Part shown: piece by piece, positions 36,141 to 47,159 of the stretch | Numbering within the stretch: position 1 is the stretch's first letter | How the letters are laid out: every line of letters starts with the position of its first letter | DNA from: Nitrospirales bacterium | Lineage (GTDB): Bacteria; Nitrospirota; Nitrospiria; Nitrospirales; UBA8639 | Direction: 5' to 3' | NCBI GenBank assembly: GCA_963422365.1 | Contig: OY729426.1 | Span: 320,001 to 384,000 of the forward strand | Length of the DNA stretch: 64,000 bases | Position numbers and translations under genes: made by a program | The notes under the pieces: model-generated | Seen by the model: only the letters and a program-made list of their open reading frames with translations | Database searches by the model: none | What the model was told of the DNA's origin: nothing

Positions 36141-37505
36141 ATGGGAAAATCACTCCCTGTTATTCATCTCCAGCAACGAGAAACACAGGGAAACCACGTC
36201 ACCGAGTGTTCTTCTCCCGCAGAAAATCCTTACGACGGCCGAACCGTCGATGATTTCAAGCCTTACCTCGTTGCCCTGAATCTCACCAAACGGTGTAACT
36301 TAAAATGTGCCCACTGTTATTTGGATGCCACCACAAAGGCCGGTGGGGGATCGGACGAACTCTCGACGGAAGAATGTTATCGGTTGATTGACCAAATCGC
36401 CGAGGTCAATAAAGGATGTTTACTGGTTATCACCGGAGGAGAACCCCTCGTCAGGCCGGACATCCTCGACCTTGCCCGCCATGCCGTCGGCCAAGGGTTC
36501 ATGGTCGTTTTCGGCACCAATGGCATGCTGATTAACGATCGCCTCGCCAATCAACTCGTTGAGATCGGCGTCATGGGCGTCGGCATCAGCATCGACTCCC
36601 TCGACCCTGACAAACATGACACGTTTCGCGGCATTCCGGGCGCATGGGAGGCAGCGGTCGCTGGAATCGAAGCCTGCAAACGGAACGGCCTGCAATTTCA
36701 GGTGCACTTCAGCGCCCAACCGATGAACTACAAAGAATTACCGAACGTGATCGAATGGGCCCATCAACTGGGGGCCCGCGTTCTGAACGTCTTCTTCATG
36801 GTGTGCACAGGACGTGGTGAGGAACTGACCGATATTACTCCTGAACAGTATGAAGAAGTTCTCGCCTTCTTGGTGGATACGCAAGAACAGTACTCAGATA
36901 TGCTGGTACGCGCACGGTGTGCCCCACACTTTAAACGTCTCGCCTATGAAAAAAATCCCAATTCCCCGATCACCAAAGCCCAAGGGTATATGGGAGGGGG
37001 CTGCTTGGCGGGAACGAATTATGCCAGAGTCACTCCCAATGGGGATCTGACTCCCTGTCCCTATATGCCCCTATCAGCGGGAAATATCCGAGACACCAGT
37101 TTCGTGGATTTGTGGGAAAAGTCAGAAATTTTTGACTCATTCCGTTATCCCAAGCTGAAGGGCAAATGCGGCGACTGTGAATATAGTGACATATGCGGCG
37201 GATGCAGGGCTCGCCCCTATGTCGATCATGGTGACTGGCTGGACGAAGATCAGTGGTGCTTGTATACCCCCAAAGGCGGGGAAAAAGTGCAGGTCGCGTT
37301 TAATGTTCCCGAGGACTCTCATGTGGAATGGGATGAATCCGCTCACACGCGTTTAAGTCGGGTCCCGTACTTCCTTCGCGCCATGGTGAAAAAAGGCGTG
37401 GAACGACATGCCCGCGAACACAAGATTTCTCTGATCACCGTTGAATTAATGGAAGAGCTTCGCCAAAAACGATTTGGCAACGAGAAGCCGGTTTTTAAAT
37501 TCTGA
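36141..37505 (+). CDS. Radical SAM/SPASM protein (NirJ/Ahb-like) with C-terminal PCP_red-like domain
   Basis: CNLKCAHC, TGGEP, CGDCEYSDICGGCRAR, tail WDESAHTRLSRVPYFLRAMVKKGVE. Confidence 0.88.
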   Translation: MGKSLPVIHLQQRETQGNHVTECSSPAENPYDGRTVDDFKPYLVALNLTKRCNLKCAHCYLDATTKAGGGSDELSTEECYRLIDQIAEVNKGCLLVITGGEPLVRPDILDLARHAVGQGFMVVFGTNGMLINDRLANQLVEIGVMGVGISIDSLDPDKHDTFRGIPGAWEAAVAGIEACKRNGLQFQVHFSAQPMNYKELPNVIEWAHQLGARVLNVFFMVCTGRGEELTDITPEQYEEVLAFLVDTQEQYSDMLVRARCAPHFKRLAYEKNPNSPITKAQGYMGGGCLAGTNYARVTPNGDLTPCPYMPLSAGNIRDTSFVDLWEKSEIFDSFRYPKLKGKCGDCEYSDICGGCRARPYVDHGDWLDEDQWCLYTPKGGEKVQVAFNVPEDSHVEWDESAHTRLSRVPYFLRAMVKKGVERHAREHKISLITVELMEELRQKRFGNEKPVFKF

Positions 37506-38032
37506 TGAGTGCTCTCCTCGCGACACTTTCCGACCTCAATAAAATCATTCCCATTCTCAGTCACTGGCTGCACGTACTCTCGGCCATTGTTTGGATTGGA
37601 GGACTTGCCTTTCTGGTCCTGGCAGTCACGCCGGGGCTCCACTCGTCCGTCCCTCGGGAATTCATCAAACCCATTTGTGACACCTTCTATAAGCAGTATC
37701 GCAAGGTCGTTGGCATCCTGCTTGTCGTGATCCTCTTCACGGGCGGTATCAATCTGCATTACGTGGGAGAACTCATGGAAATGCAGACCGGCAACGGCTT
37801 ATCCCATAATGCCAAATATTTGACGGTTTTTTTTATTAAACTTACCCTGGTTCTCGGAATTTTAACCTTGTTTTTGTATACCGTCATTTTTCGCATTGAA
37901 CCCACGGGCGAGGAAGATGAACAAGAAAAAGAAGAGCACATTATTGAGCCCATTCCTTTCCAAAAAGCAGGACTGTTTATGGGCGTCTTTATCATTCTTT
38001 GTGCCGCTGCCATGAAGCATCTCCATCTGTAA
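37505..38032 (+). CDS. Four-helix membrane protein (CopD/DUF4149-like)
   Basis: HWLHVLSAIVWIGG and further hydrophobic helices; overlaps the radical SAM stop. Confidence 0.75.
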   Translation: MSALLATLSDLNKIIPILSHWLHVLSAIVWIGGLAFLVLAVTPGLHSSVPREFIKPICDTFYKQYRKVVGILLVVILFTGGINLHYVGELMEMQTGNGLSHNAKYLTVFFIKLTLVLGILTLFLYTVIFRIEPTGEEDEQEKEEHIIEPIPFQKAGLFMGVFIILCAAAMKHLHL

Positions 38033-38148
38033 CACCTTGTCTTTTCGCCTTACCCGCCCGTAGACTAGTTTTTTATTTCCTCAGAAACATGCGAAGGCAG
38101 TCTTCTTCCCCCATTTCCTCTCCCTGATGGAGAAAATTCCTTTCAATC

Positions 38149-38206
38149 TGTAGCTGCAGCATCTTATGCTGCCTAGAAGAAAGCGCCATGAGATGGCGCC
38201 GCTACG
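38149..38206. repeat. GTAG-type REP doublet
   Basis: TGTAGCTGCAGCATCTTATGCTGCC...GCGCCATGAGATGGCGCCGCTACG. Confidence 0.75.
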
Positions 38207-38315
38207 AAATAGACAAAGTCATGCCATACAATACGTTACTGATACTCCGCGCAAGGGGCGAGGAGGGCCGACCCGAGCCTTCTCAAGTCGTCATCCCCGA
38301 GAAAACATCCTTGCC

Positions 38316-39686
38316 ATGAGACGCCCCCCCCCAACTCGATCAGGTCCCCAGACGTTCCTACCCGGCTTGAGATCATCAAGCATTCCCCTTGTCGCCGTGA
38401 TCGGACGTCCCAACGTCGGCAAATCGACCTTGTTTAACCGAATTCTGGGGACCAGAAACGCCATCGTCGACGATAGACCGGGAGTCACCCGTGATCGAAT
38501 TTATGCCGAGTGCACGTACCAGGGCCGACGCTTTCAGTTGGTCGATACCGGTGGGCTCGACCCCACTTCCACCGAAGGCATACTCGGACTCGTTCGCCGG
38601 CAATCACAAATCGCACTCGCCGAAGCAGATATTGTTCTTGTGATCATGGACGGCAGGACCGGGCTGACGCCATTGGATCGGGATATCGTCAACGAGTTAC
38701 ACGGTGTGGACAAGCCCACTTTTTGGGTGATCAATAAAATCGATTCCCCGACCCTGGAACCCTTGCTGGCGGACTTTTATCATCTTGGGAAACATACGCT
38801 GTTTCCCATTTCAGCAGAACACGGCACAGGGGTCGATGAATTACTTGAGGCGTTCCTGCATCTCTTGCCAGTGTTTGATGATGACCTAGCAGAAACCGCC
38901 ACCCGTGTGGCCGTGATCGGACGTCCCAACGTCGGCAAATCGACGCTGGTGAACACCATCCTGGGAGAAGAACGAGTCCTCGTCAGCAACGTTCCGGGCA
39001 CCACGCGAGACCCCGTTGACACGCACCTAAAACGCGATGGCCAGCAATTTTTGTTTACGGATACGGCGGGGTTACGACGTCGTGGACGAGTGGAGCCGGG
39101 GATCGAAGGCTATAGCGTTGCCAGAACCATGAAAGCGTTAGGACGGTCGGATATCGGAGTGTTATTGCTCGATGGGGTCGAGGGCGTCACGGAACAAGAT
39201 ACCAAGATTGCGGGGCTCATCCAAAAGCAAGGACGGGGCTGTATCATGCTCGTCAATAAATGGGATTTACGGCGGGATCAACCCGAAGCCAAAGGGAAAT
39301 TTTCTTCAGAGTTGCAACGGCGTTTCCCCTTTTTTACCTTTGTGCCCATTTTATTCGGATCAGCGCTTGCGCCTAAGACCATTGAGCATCTGTTCAAGGC
39401 CATCACCCAAGTCATGAAAACATTTTCGTACCGGGTACCAACCAGTCGCCTCAATCAATTCCTCCAAAAAGCTCTTGCGGACAACGTCATTCCCACTAAA
39501 AGAGGAAATCCGCTGAAATCTCTCTTTATTACCCAAGTCGCAGTCAAACCACCGACGTTTGCCCTTTTTGTGGGCAAATCAGTCCTGCTCACCCCTGGGT
39601 ACCTTCGCTACCTGGAAAACCAACTCCGGGCAACGTTTGGGTTCGAGGGCACGCCATTACGGATTTTAGTTCGAAAGAAAGCGTGA
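38316..39686 (+). CDS. der: Ribosome biogenesis GTPase Der
   Basis: Two GRPNVGKS P-loops, DTGG/DTAG, NKID/NKWD, KH-like C-terminus. Confidence 0.95.
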   Translation: MRRPPPTRSGPQTFLPGLRSSSIPLVAVIGRPNVGKSTLFNRILGTRNAIVDDRPGVTRDRIYAECTYQGRRFQLVDTGGLDPTSTEGILGLVRRQSQIALAEADIVLVIMDGRTGLTPLDRDIVNELHGVDKPTFWVINKIDSPTLEPLLADFYHLGKHTLFPISAEHGTGVDELLEAFLHLLPVFDDDLAETATRVAVIGRPNVGKSTLVNTILGEERVLVSNVPGTTRDPVDTHLKRDGQQFLFTDTAGLRRRGRVEPGIEGYSVARTMKALGRSDIGVLLLDGVEGVTEQDTKIAGLIQKQGRGCIMLVNKWDLRRDQPEAKGKFSSELQRRFPFFTFVPILFGSALAPKTIEHLFKAITQVMKTFSYRVPTSRLNQFLQKALADNVIPTKRGNPLKSLFITQVAVKPPTFALFVGKSVLLTPGYLRYLENQLRATFGFEGTPLRILVRKKA

Positions 39687-39745
39687 AGAGGAAGAACGCC
39701 GAGACCACCCGTTGGCATCTGAGCCTCGTCTTCTGGACAGCATAA

Positions 39746-39980
39746 GGCAGCATCCCGAGCCGTGCCCCGGGATGCTGCCCTACAAAACCTTCTCTCTGTA
39801 GGGCTGGATCTCATCATCACGCCACCCTCTGAGCGGCATAAGATGCGGCTCTACAAATACAGAGAGACATTGTCACTGCCAGGATGGCAGGAACATGCCT
39901 CCTGACGTCCTTCTTCTCCTTCTGTCGTAGCGGCGACATCTCATGGCGCCTTTCTTGGCCGCATCAGATGCAGCCCTACA
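39746..39980. repeat. Cluster of GTAG-type REP hairpins between convergent genes
   Basis: Units at 39746-39784, 39797-39855 and 39926-39980 with GTAG/CTAC feet. Confidence 0.75.
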
Positions 39981-41346
39981 AATGTAGGGTTGCCACGCGA
40001 GAGAAGTAGTCGACGAACGTGCGAATCCCGCCTGAAGCCTGCCCCCAATCAAAATTTTCATTCGGAGCATGGTACCCGTGCTCAGGAAGACTTAATCCGA
40101 AAAAGAGAATGGGCACATTCCACGTACGCTCCATCAAAGAAACGGCGCCGATTGAGCCCCCTTCTCTGACCAGTGAGAGGTTCTTTCCAAATCCTGTCCG
40201 CACTGCTTGGCAGAGCGCGTCAGCATGTGGTCCCCGTGTCACTCCACGAAACGGTTCGAGTTGCGCGTCAGCTTCAACCCGAATATCAGGATTCTGTTTC
40301 TTGAGATAGCGTTGTAATCGGAAGAATATTTTGGCGGGATGCTGATTCGGGACCAGCCGCATACTCACCTTTAATTCACCGAAGGGGGGAACGACCGTTT
40401 TGATGCCAGGCCCCATATGCCCTCCCACCAATCCATGCACCTCAAAGGTAGGGGAAGCCCAAATCCGTTGAATCAGGTCTGAACGGTTTTCCGTCCGAAT
40501 CGACCGGAACCCATACGCCTTTTTAAATCGGTCGACCTGAAAGCCCGAGGAAAGAAATTCCTTCATTTCTTCGGCAGTGGGAGGAACCACCTCATCGTAA
40601 AAACCCGGAATGGTCACACGGCCGGTTCGAGCATCTGCACACGACTGAACGGCTTCGCATAATTCGGTCAGTGGGTTTCTGGCCCCGCCACCGGTCAATC
40701 CGGAATGCACATCGGTTGTTCCCGTACGAAGAGTCAGCCGAACGGCCAATAACCCACGTAACCCCGTGGAAATCACCGGGCGTTGGCGTGAAATCCAAAT
40801 AGTATCCGAAACCAGAACGGAATCAGGGCGCGGGACCACATTCCGTTGATCCAAGGCATCCTGAAAATTCGGACTGCCTATTTCTTCTTCTAATTCCCAG
40901 AGAAACCGAATGTTCAACGGCACGCCTTGATCGACGGCATATTTGCCTGCGAAGAGCGCGGTTAGCGCAGGGCCTTTGTCATCCGTGGTGCCTCGGCCTC
41001 GATAACGATTGCCCTCTTTTCGAAACACGAAGGGGTCTTGCTTCCACTCCGGTTCTTGGGCAGGTTGCACATCTAAATGATTGTAAATCGTTAACGTGGG
41101 GTAGTGCTTCCCTACCTGCCATCCTCCCGATACCACGGGATAGCCTGTGGTCGGCACAATCTTCGCCTGCGCCCCGAGACTCCGTAAATACTGCGCCGCA
41201 ACGGTTGCCATTCGGGCAATATCTTTCCCTCGTGCAGGATTGGAACTCACCGATGGAATCTCCACCACATGTCCGAGCATGTCCTCAAACCGTGACCGAA
41301 CCGACCGAATATAGGCTTCTAAACAACCGGAACCCTTCATAGACAT
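39976..41346 (-). CDS. M20/M25/M40 family metallopeptidase (dipeptidase-like)
   Basis: YNHLDVQP, GRGTTDDKG, EEEIGS, HSG, HAPNE. Confidence 0.9.
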   Translation of the reverse strand: MSMKGSGCLEAYIRSVRSRFEDMLGHVVEIPSVSSNPARGKDIARMATVAAQYLRSLGAQAKIVPTTGYPVVSGGWQVGKHYPTLTIYNHLDVQPAQEPEWKQDPFVFRKEGNRYRGRGTTDDKGPALTALFAGKYAVDQGVPLNIRFLWELEEEIGSPNFQDALDQRNVVPRPDSVLVSDTIWISRQRPVISTGLRGLLAVRLTLRTGTTDVHSGLTGGGARNPLTELCEAVQSCADARTGRVTIPGFYDEVVPPTAEEMKEFLSSGFQVDRFKKAYGFRSIRTENRSDLIQRIWASPTFEVHGLVGGHMGPGIKTVVPPFGELKVSMRLVPNQHPAKIFFRLQRYLKKQNPDIRVEADAQLEPFRGVTRGPHADALCQAVRTGFGKNLSLVREGGSIGAVSLMERTWNVPILFFGLSLPEHGYHAPNENFDWGQASGGIRTFVDYFSRVATLHL

Positions 41347-41385
41347 TGCCTGTTTCTTTCTTGAACCATGCCTGCGTGTCAGCCC

Positions 41386-42372
41386 TCAGCCGAAATAAAA
41401 GGGGACAGGGGAGAAGCTGACGATAAAAATGGCAAAGGCACCCCATCCTACCCATATGCGACCGCGACCCAATTCTGCTCCCTGATCGATCACCGGCGGA
41501 TGGCTGATACCGACCAAGCCGGCCAGAACCGCCCACACAATCCAACCCGGCCAACCCCAAAGACCCAATACCAACAAGATGGGAATCATCGTGAACGCCA
41601 AGGCCCGTTGACGGGGTCCGAACAGCGCATAGGTCACATGCCCACCATCAAGTTGTCCGATCGGAATTAAATTCAACGCGGTAATGAAGAAGCCGAACCA
41701 CGCCGCAAAGGCAATGGGATGCAACACGATGTCATACGTGTCTGGAACCGGTCCGAACATGATCCACGCGAAAAATTGAAGCAACAACGGCTCCCCCAAT
41801 TGCAACCCATAGAGGCCCATCCCGGGTTCGACTCTTGAATACGACAACCCAACGATCAAGGCCGGCACCGCCACGATAAATCCCGCAATCGGGCCGGCGA
41901 CGCCGATGTCGAACAAGGCACGGCGATTCATAATGGGTGAGCGCATTCGAATGACGGCGCCGAAGGTCCCGATAAATTGAGGAGGACCCGGAATAAAAAG
42001 CGGAAGAGACGCCGGGACTCGATGAACACGCGACAAATAAAAATGTCCGAATTCGTGAGTGACGAGGATGCCCAACAATGTGGCGGCAAAGGGCCAACCC
42101 TTCAGCAAACTGCCGGGATAGCGAACAAGGAGATCCCATGCGCCCGACACGGGTTCGGTATTGACTTGATACGCTCCCGCCCAAAGCGTGGTGAAGACGG
42201 TCACCACAAACAAGCCGAGCGGGAGGTACAGGACCGACACCACACTTTCGGATGTGGACACGGAATATTCCCACTTCGGCGACCATTCATCAGGATCTTG
42301 AGGCCTCTCTTCTTTCGAGGGACCATCGGGAAACCCCTTGTTCTGTTCAGGCGGAAATGGTTGTTGATCCAT
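41386..42372 (-). CDS. Site-2 protease (M50 family)
   Basis: HEFGH and NLIPIGQLDGGH. Confidence 0.9.
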   Translation of the reverse strand: MDQQPFPPEQNKGFPDGPSKEERPQDPDEWSPKWEYSVSTSESVVSVLYLPLGLFVVTVFTTLWAGAYQVNTEPVSGAWDLLVRYPGSLLKGWPFAATLLGILVTHEFGHFYLSRVHRVPASLPLFIPGPPQFIGTFGAVIRMRSPIMNRRALFDIGVAGPIAGFIVAVPALIVGLSYSRVEPGMGLYGLQLGEPLLLQFFAWIMFGPVPDTYDIVLHPIAFAAWFGFFITALNLIPIGQLDGGHVTYALFGPRQRALAFTMIPILLVLGLWGWPGWIVWAVLAGLVGISHPPVIDQGAELGRGRIWVGWGAFAIFIVSFSPVPFYFG

Positions 42373-42410
42373 AAACGATGACGATTGGGGGGCGAAAAAT
42401 TATTGTGGCA

Positions 42411-43754
42411 TCATCCAAAGGGATTCATGACTCGTTCTTCTTTGACCGTCGTAGGGGGGCCGTGTCCTGGAAGCAACACCGTGTCAGGATCCAACTGCAA
42501 TACACGCTTTCGAACCGAAGCCAAATGATCCGCATACAGGGAAAGCGGATTGGAACGGCCCACAGACCCGGCAAACAGCGTATCGCCGACAAAACAGAGC
42601 CCCTGCCCCCGGGATTGAACCTTATAGCAGAATCCTCCGGGGGTATGACCGGGCGTGGCGATACACTCTACTCTCAGGCCTCCTACGGGAAGGACTTGGG
42701 AATCCCGGGGAACGACGACCAATTCTTGCGGAGGCTTCCAGGGCAACAGCGGGAAATCTCCCTGTCCAAGATACACCGGAACAGGCCACTCGAACACAAT
42801 ACGATCCAATCCACCGGCATGATCCATATGCCCATGCGTCAAGCACACGCCGACCAACGTCGAGTTTTTTTCTTCGAGCACCGACAACATGGCCTCCGCA
42901 TTGTACGCCGTATCGATCAAGACGGCCTGTTTGGTTTGAGGGTCGACTAAGACATACCCCTTCACCTCGTAGCCTCCAATGTCACCACGAACCGTCACCA
43001 CGAGAGCGGAGACCCACTCCGGAGAAGACTGTGGCATCCATCCCTGTACGGAAACTGCGGCAAGCGCCTCGCCTTTGAGAGCAAGGGCCTGGGCAATGGC
43101 ATGGATTTCGTTTTCCGAGGGTATTCGGGTCCCTTGTTCCAAGCGTTCCCACTCGTCTTTCTGAAGATAGGCGGTTTCTGCCACGCGAGCGATCGACTGT
43201 CCACCCCCCATTCGAGCCTTTTTCACGATGTCGCAAAATTCGTCTTCGAGTGCCATAGGGTGAGACAGAACAGCCTGCCACGCCTGGACCATCACAGGAT
43301 CAATATCAACTAAAATGACTGATTGCAGGGATTGAGGATAAAATTGGCGAATTTCTTCAATCATGCATTTCGCGGCTTCCTCCGGGACGACCCTGCCAAC
43401 CCCTGTGCCCATTCCGGGAATGGCGAGGGAGACAAAGCCTTTTTCATCGGCAAGACGGAGGGCAGCTCGTGTGGCCAATCTCACGTTCTGGGCAGGAATG
43501 CGCATAGCCGGTTCAGGCATGGTCGGCGCATGAATGATCCCCTCAAAGTGTGTACGCCCACCCGAAGTCAACACGGCATGTCCCACGGGTATCGGCGCTT
43601 GTCGACGCGCCTCATCTTCTACTTGTGACCCCGCAACGCGCCTGATGATTCCAGCCACCCCTCCTCCCATGAGGCCATGACTGTTAGCCGCATTCACGAT
43701 GGCCTGAGCCTCAACCTTGAGAAGGCTGCCTTGAAGAAGAACGATTTCTATCAT
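42411..43754 (-). CDS. Macro domain-HTH-metallo-beta-lactamase fusion protein
   Basis: IVNAANSHGLMGGGVAG and PGMGTGVG (macro); THGHMDH, TPGHT, GDTLF, PGHG (MBL). Confidence 0.85.
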   Translation of the reverse strand: MIEIVLLQGSLLKVEAQAIVNAANSHGLMGGGVAGIIRRVAGSQVEDEARRQAPIPVGHAVLTSGGRTHFEGIIHAPTMPEPAMRIPAQNVRLATRAALRLADEKGFVSLAIPGMGTGVGRVVPEEAAKCMIEEIRQFYPQSLQSVILVDIDPVMVQAWQAVLSHPMALEDEFCDIVKKARMGGGQSIARVAETAYLQKDEWERLEQGTRIPSENEIHAIAQALALKGEALAAVSVQGWMPQSSPEWVSALVVTVRGDIGGYEVKGYVLVDPQTKQAVLIDTAYNAEAMLSVLEEKNSTLVGVCLTHGHMDHAGGLDRIVFEWPVPVYLGQGDFPLLPWKPPQELVVVPRDSQVLPVGGLRVECIATPGHTPGGFCYKVQSRGQGLCFVGDTLFAGSVGRSNPLSLYADHLASVRKRVLQLDPDTVLLPGHGPPTTVKEERVMNPFG

Positions 43755-43975
43755 GTCAACTCGATAGCGAAAAAATGGCATCCCCGTGAGACATGGGGTC
43801 TCACGTTCCCGCGACTGATAGGTCCATCTCACCTGAATGATGGAATCCTACTACCCATGAAGCTCCGTCACAAGGGCTTCGAGACGCCGCACCCGTGACA
43901 GTATTGCCTCATCTCCTCTTGTCTAGTACTGTTAGGTGAAAATAGCGCCTATCATTTCACAAAAAGGATCCTTGC

Positions 43976-44863
43976 ATGCATATATCAGAAGTGTTTCGGC
44001 AACACCAGCCTGCGATCAGTTTTGAGTTTTTTCCCCCAAAAAGTGAGGCGGCATCGCAGGAATTGTTTCATACCATTCAAACGTTGATTCCCCTGAAACC
44101 TGCCTATGTCAGTGTCACCTATGGTGCGGGCGGGTCAACGCGTGAGTTGACCCATGACCTGGTCGTCAGGTTGCACCATGAGACAAACTTATCGATCGTG
44201 TCGCATCTCACCTGTGTGGGGTCAAGCCGGGAGGAAATTTTCCAGATTCTGCAACGATACGATGAACACAGCATCCAAAATATCATGGCCCTGCGAGGCG
44301 ACTCTCCCAAAGAGGAACCAGGGTATCGGTCCGAGCAGAACTTTCGCTATGCCGTGGAATTAGTCGCCTTTATCAAAAAATATTTTCCCCACATGGGGAT
44401 TGGAGTTGCCGGTTTTCCCGAAGGCCATCCTGATACGCCCAATCGGCTCAAAGAAATCGAGCATCTCAAAGCCAAAGTGGATGCCGGCGCTGATTACATC
44501 TGCACACAACTCTTTTTCGACAATCGCGATTTTCATGATTATTGTGAGCGGTGCGAACTGGCTGGGGTGCATATTCCCATCGTCGCAGGGATCATGCCCA
44601 TTTCCTCGCTCAAAAGCATGAAAAGGATGGGAGAACTCGCATTAGGAGCGCGCTTTCCCGGAAAGCTGCTGCGGGCATTAACGAACGCAACGGATGATTC
44701 CCAAGCGGAAAAAATCGGCATCAATTGGGCAACGGAACAAGTTCTAGACTTATTGGACCACAAGGTCCCCGGCGTGCATCTCTACACCTTGAACAAATCC
44801 AAAGCCTCGTTACAAATCTATGACGCGCTGGGCATCGAACGATTAGACATGCTGGTCCACTAA
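43976..44863 (+). CDS. metF: 5,10-methylenetetrahydrofolate reductase
   Basis: SFEFFPPK, SVTYGAGG, HLTC, ALRGD, TQLFFD. Confidence 0.95.
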   Translation: MHISEVFRQHQPAISFEFFPPKSEAASQELFHTIQTLIPLKPAYVSVTYGAGGSTRELTHDLVVRLHHETNLSIVSHLTCVGSSREEIFQILQRYDEHSIQNIMALRGDSPKEEPGYRSEQNFRYAVELVAFIKKYFPHMGIGVAGFPEGHPDTPNRLKEIEHLKAKVDAGADYICTQLFFDNRDFHDYCERCELAGVHIPIVAGIMPISSLKSMKRMGELALGARFPGKLLRALTNATDDSQAEKIGINWATEQVLDLLDHKVPGVHLYTLNKSKASLQIYDALGIERLDMLVH

Positions 44864-44942
44864 GGGATTTCGGGAAGCAAGCAGCATCTTTTTCTCCATC
44901 CAGACCACCCGCCTCATGCGCTCAGGGCGTGACGTCCAACCG

Positions 44943-45080
44943 TCGGGGGAGAACCTGCCACGAGTCGGCCGCCTGATCAAGTACCGAGGCATCGACCACC
45001 GCTAGCTACGCCCACTTAGCCAACGGGCACCGCATCGACGGAGCGGAGCGAGTTGGAAAGATCAGTGCGGCAGGGATAAA
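44943..45080 (+). pseudogene. Tyrosine recombinase/integrase C-terminal relic
   Basis: SGENLPRVGRLI then, frameshifted, TTASYAHLANGHRIDGAERVGKI (box II with catalytic Tyr). Confidence 0.65.
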
Positions 45081-45299
45081 GAATAACAGCCCGTCTATCC
45101 CCCGTCTGTATCATCACAGGCCAGCCAGATAAAGTTGTTTCAGAAACTTGGCATGTTGCATCAATCTTATTTCTCTTCTTCGACAACGGGGATAACTTGG
45201 TCGACAGGATCACCCGTCTTCACTCTTCTTTATCGAGAGCTACCCAAGTTTCCTCTTTCGTCTTTAATGTCTCATGTTCCGTTATGCCACTCAGGTGAC

Positions 45300-47080
45300 A
45301 TCAATACCTGGGCTTGAAGGCGTGGAAGTTAAGCTCCGGCCGTTGCGTCGGATAATAATTGTACATCCAGTTCCGCAGACACGGCATAGTGCGCCTTGAT
45401 GCTTTCCCTGTACTCCTTCCGCAACGCCCCGAAGACAACGATCCGGTCCGGGGTACTTTCCCCGAGATAGAATGGCACGTCACTTGCTATGAGTTTCTCT
45501 CAAGGTAAGTGGGAATCCTGATCGAGCACGCAGCAGAACCGCACACGATGACCGACGTAAAACGTGAGGACCTCACGGCAAGCAAAACCCGGGACATAGA
45601 CCAGTTCGTCCTGTTCGGCATGTTGCAACACATAATCAGACGTCTCCCGTATGGAGTCACGATAAGTCCGGTGAATCTCTCGCACAAACTGGGAAAAATA
45701 TACGCCCAGCGTTCGTTCGCCTGTGAATAACGTGGTGATAGTGAACGGTGCTGTGCCCACGCTGGTAAATAGCAGGACGGCGACTGCCGCTACTCCGACG
45801 ATCTTCGGTTTGCGCCAAGCCCATTCTACAGACAACCCCTTCACCGTCAGCAACAACGGCAGTGCCGCCACGTAATAGCGCAGGTCGGCGATCGAATGCG
45901 CCTAGACCGGCTGTGTCGAGAGCAAGCACGAACAACGCACCCATGAGCACGATTTTGCCAACAGCAGCTACCGGCAGGTCGTCATCCGGCACCTCCTTTA
46001 AAAGGACCGTTTCTGTTCCGAACTTCTGACTCGTCTAGACGGAAGTTCCAGTTTCGGTTTAGACTGTTTAGTCAGTCGGGTCTTGCGTTGATGCCAAACC
46101 AAATACAGAGCCGCGGCAAACCAGAGGAACACCGGCCACGAGATCCAATCCGCAGTGAACAGCTCACGCTGTGTAGATCCAGATTCTCAGCAACCACAAG
46201 GGCGTTGTTCCTCGATATTCGCCGATGCCCGTAACGCCCATGAGAGAAATCCGCTGCGCTCTCCACCGATAACCCCACAAAGACGAGGGATGCCAAACCA
46301 AGCGTCCCTACGGTCAACCTATAAAGGGCAAAGGCCGTCCATTCCCGCCTCGTTGTCTCGTGGGTGCGAAACAGCAGATGCCACGCAGCACGCGAGAACA
46401 TGGTCACCGCGCCGCCAGCGTAGTGATTAAAGAAAGAGAGGGCTGAAACCAGCGTCACCGCAGCGAGATAAAATGGGGTTCTGGTTTGCCAGTAGCGTTC
46501 ATAGAGATAGAAACAGGGGATCAAGCCGAATACCATGAAGGCGTAGTAGCGGGACTGACGAAAATACAGCAGCAGTTGTGGTGACCATGCGGCGAACAGA
46601 AAGAGAAAGAACATCAAGTGCAGGGTCTTCACCAAATGTTGACGGAGAAGAAGATAGAGAAACGCCAACGACAGTATTCCGAACAGGGCGTGCATGATAC
46701 ATGCGCCGATCTCGTTGACACCGAACAGAGAAAATCCCATCGCATTCAGGAAAGACACCAACGGTGGCAAGACATCACGCCATGCTTCGTTTAGCTGTCC
46801 ATCCATTGGTGCCACCTACCAAGTTTCGTCCGTCCCAGCCCACGATGTCCCCACGTTCCAGCAGATTCTTGCCGATATGACTGTAGGCGCCTCGTCGTGC
46901 CATAAGGCGGCGTAGTCCAGATTCACCGGACAAAGGTAAGCGGACGACAAAAAGACCCCCATGAAGAGGGTCATGTATGGTTTGGCTCGCACGCCGTTGA
47001 GCAGTCTTTTCAAAAGGCGGGTGGGCACTGTTGATCTCCTCGCCAACAAAGGATGGATGCGAGAACATCCCGTTTGCATT
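45300..47080 (-). pseudogene. Fragmented ArnT/PMT-like (GT-C) membrane glycosyltransferase
   Basis: LWHDEA, LPPL...FSLFGVNE, FRQSRYY and transmembrane helices spread over several frames. Confidence 0.6.
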
Positions 47081-47159
47081 CCGGTCGTTGCAAAAGCGAT
47101 TCACCGGCAGTCAGCAGTCCTGATTTGCCGGTCATTCTTCTCCAGAGAAGCGAATCCCT

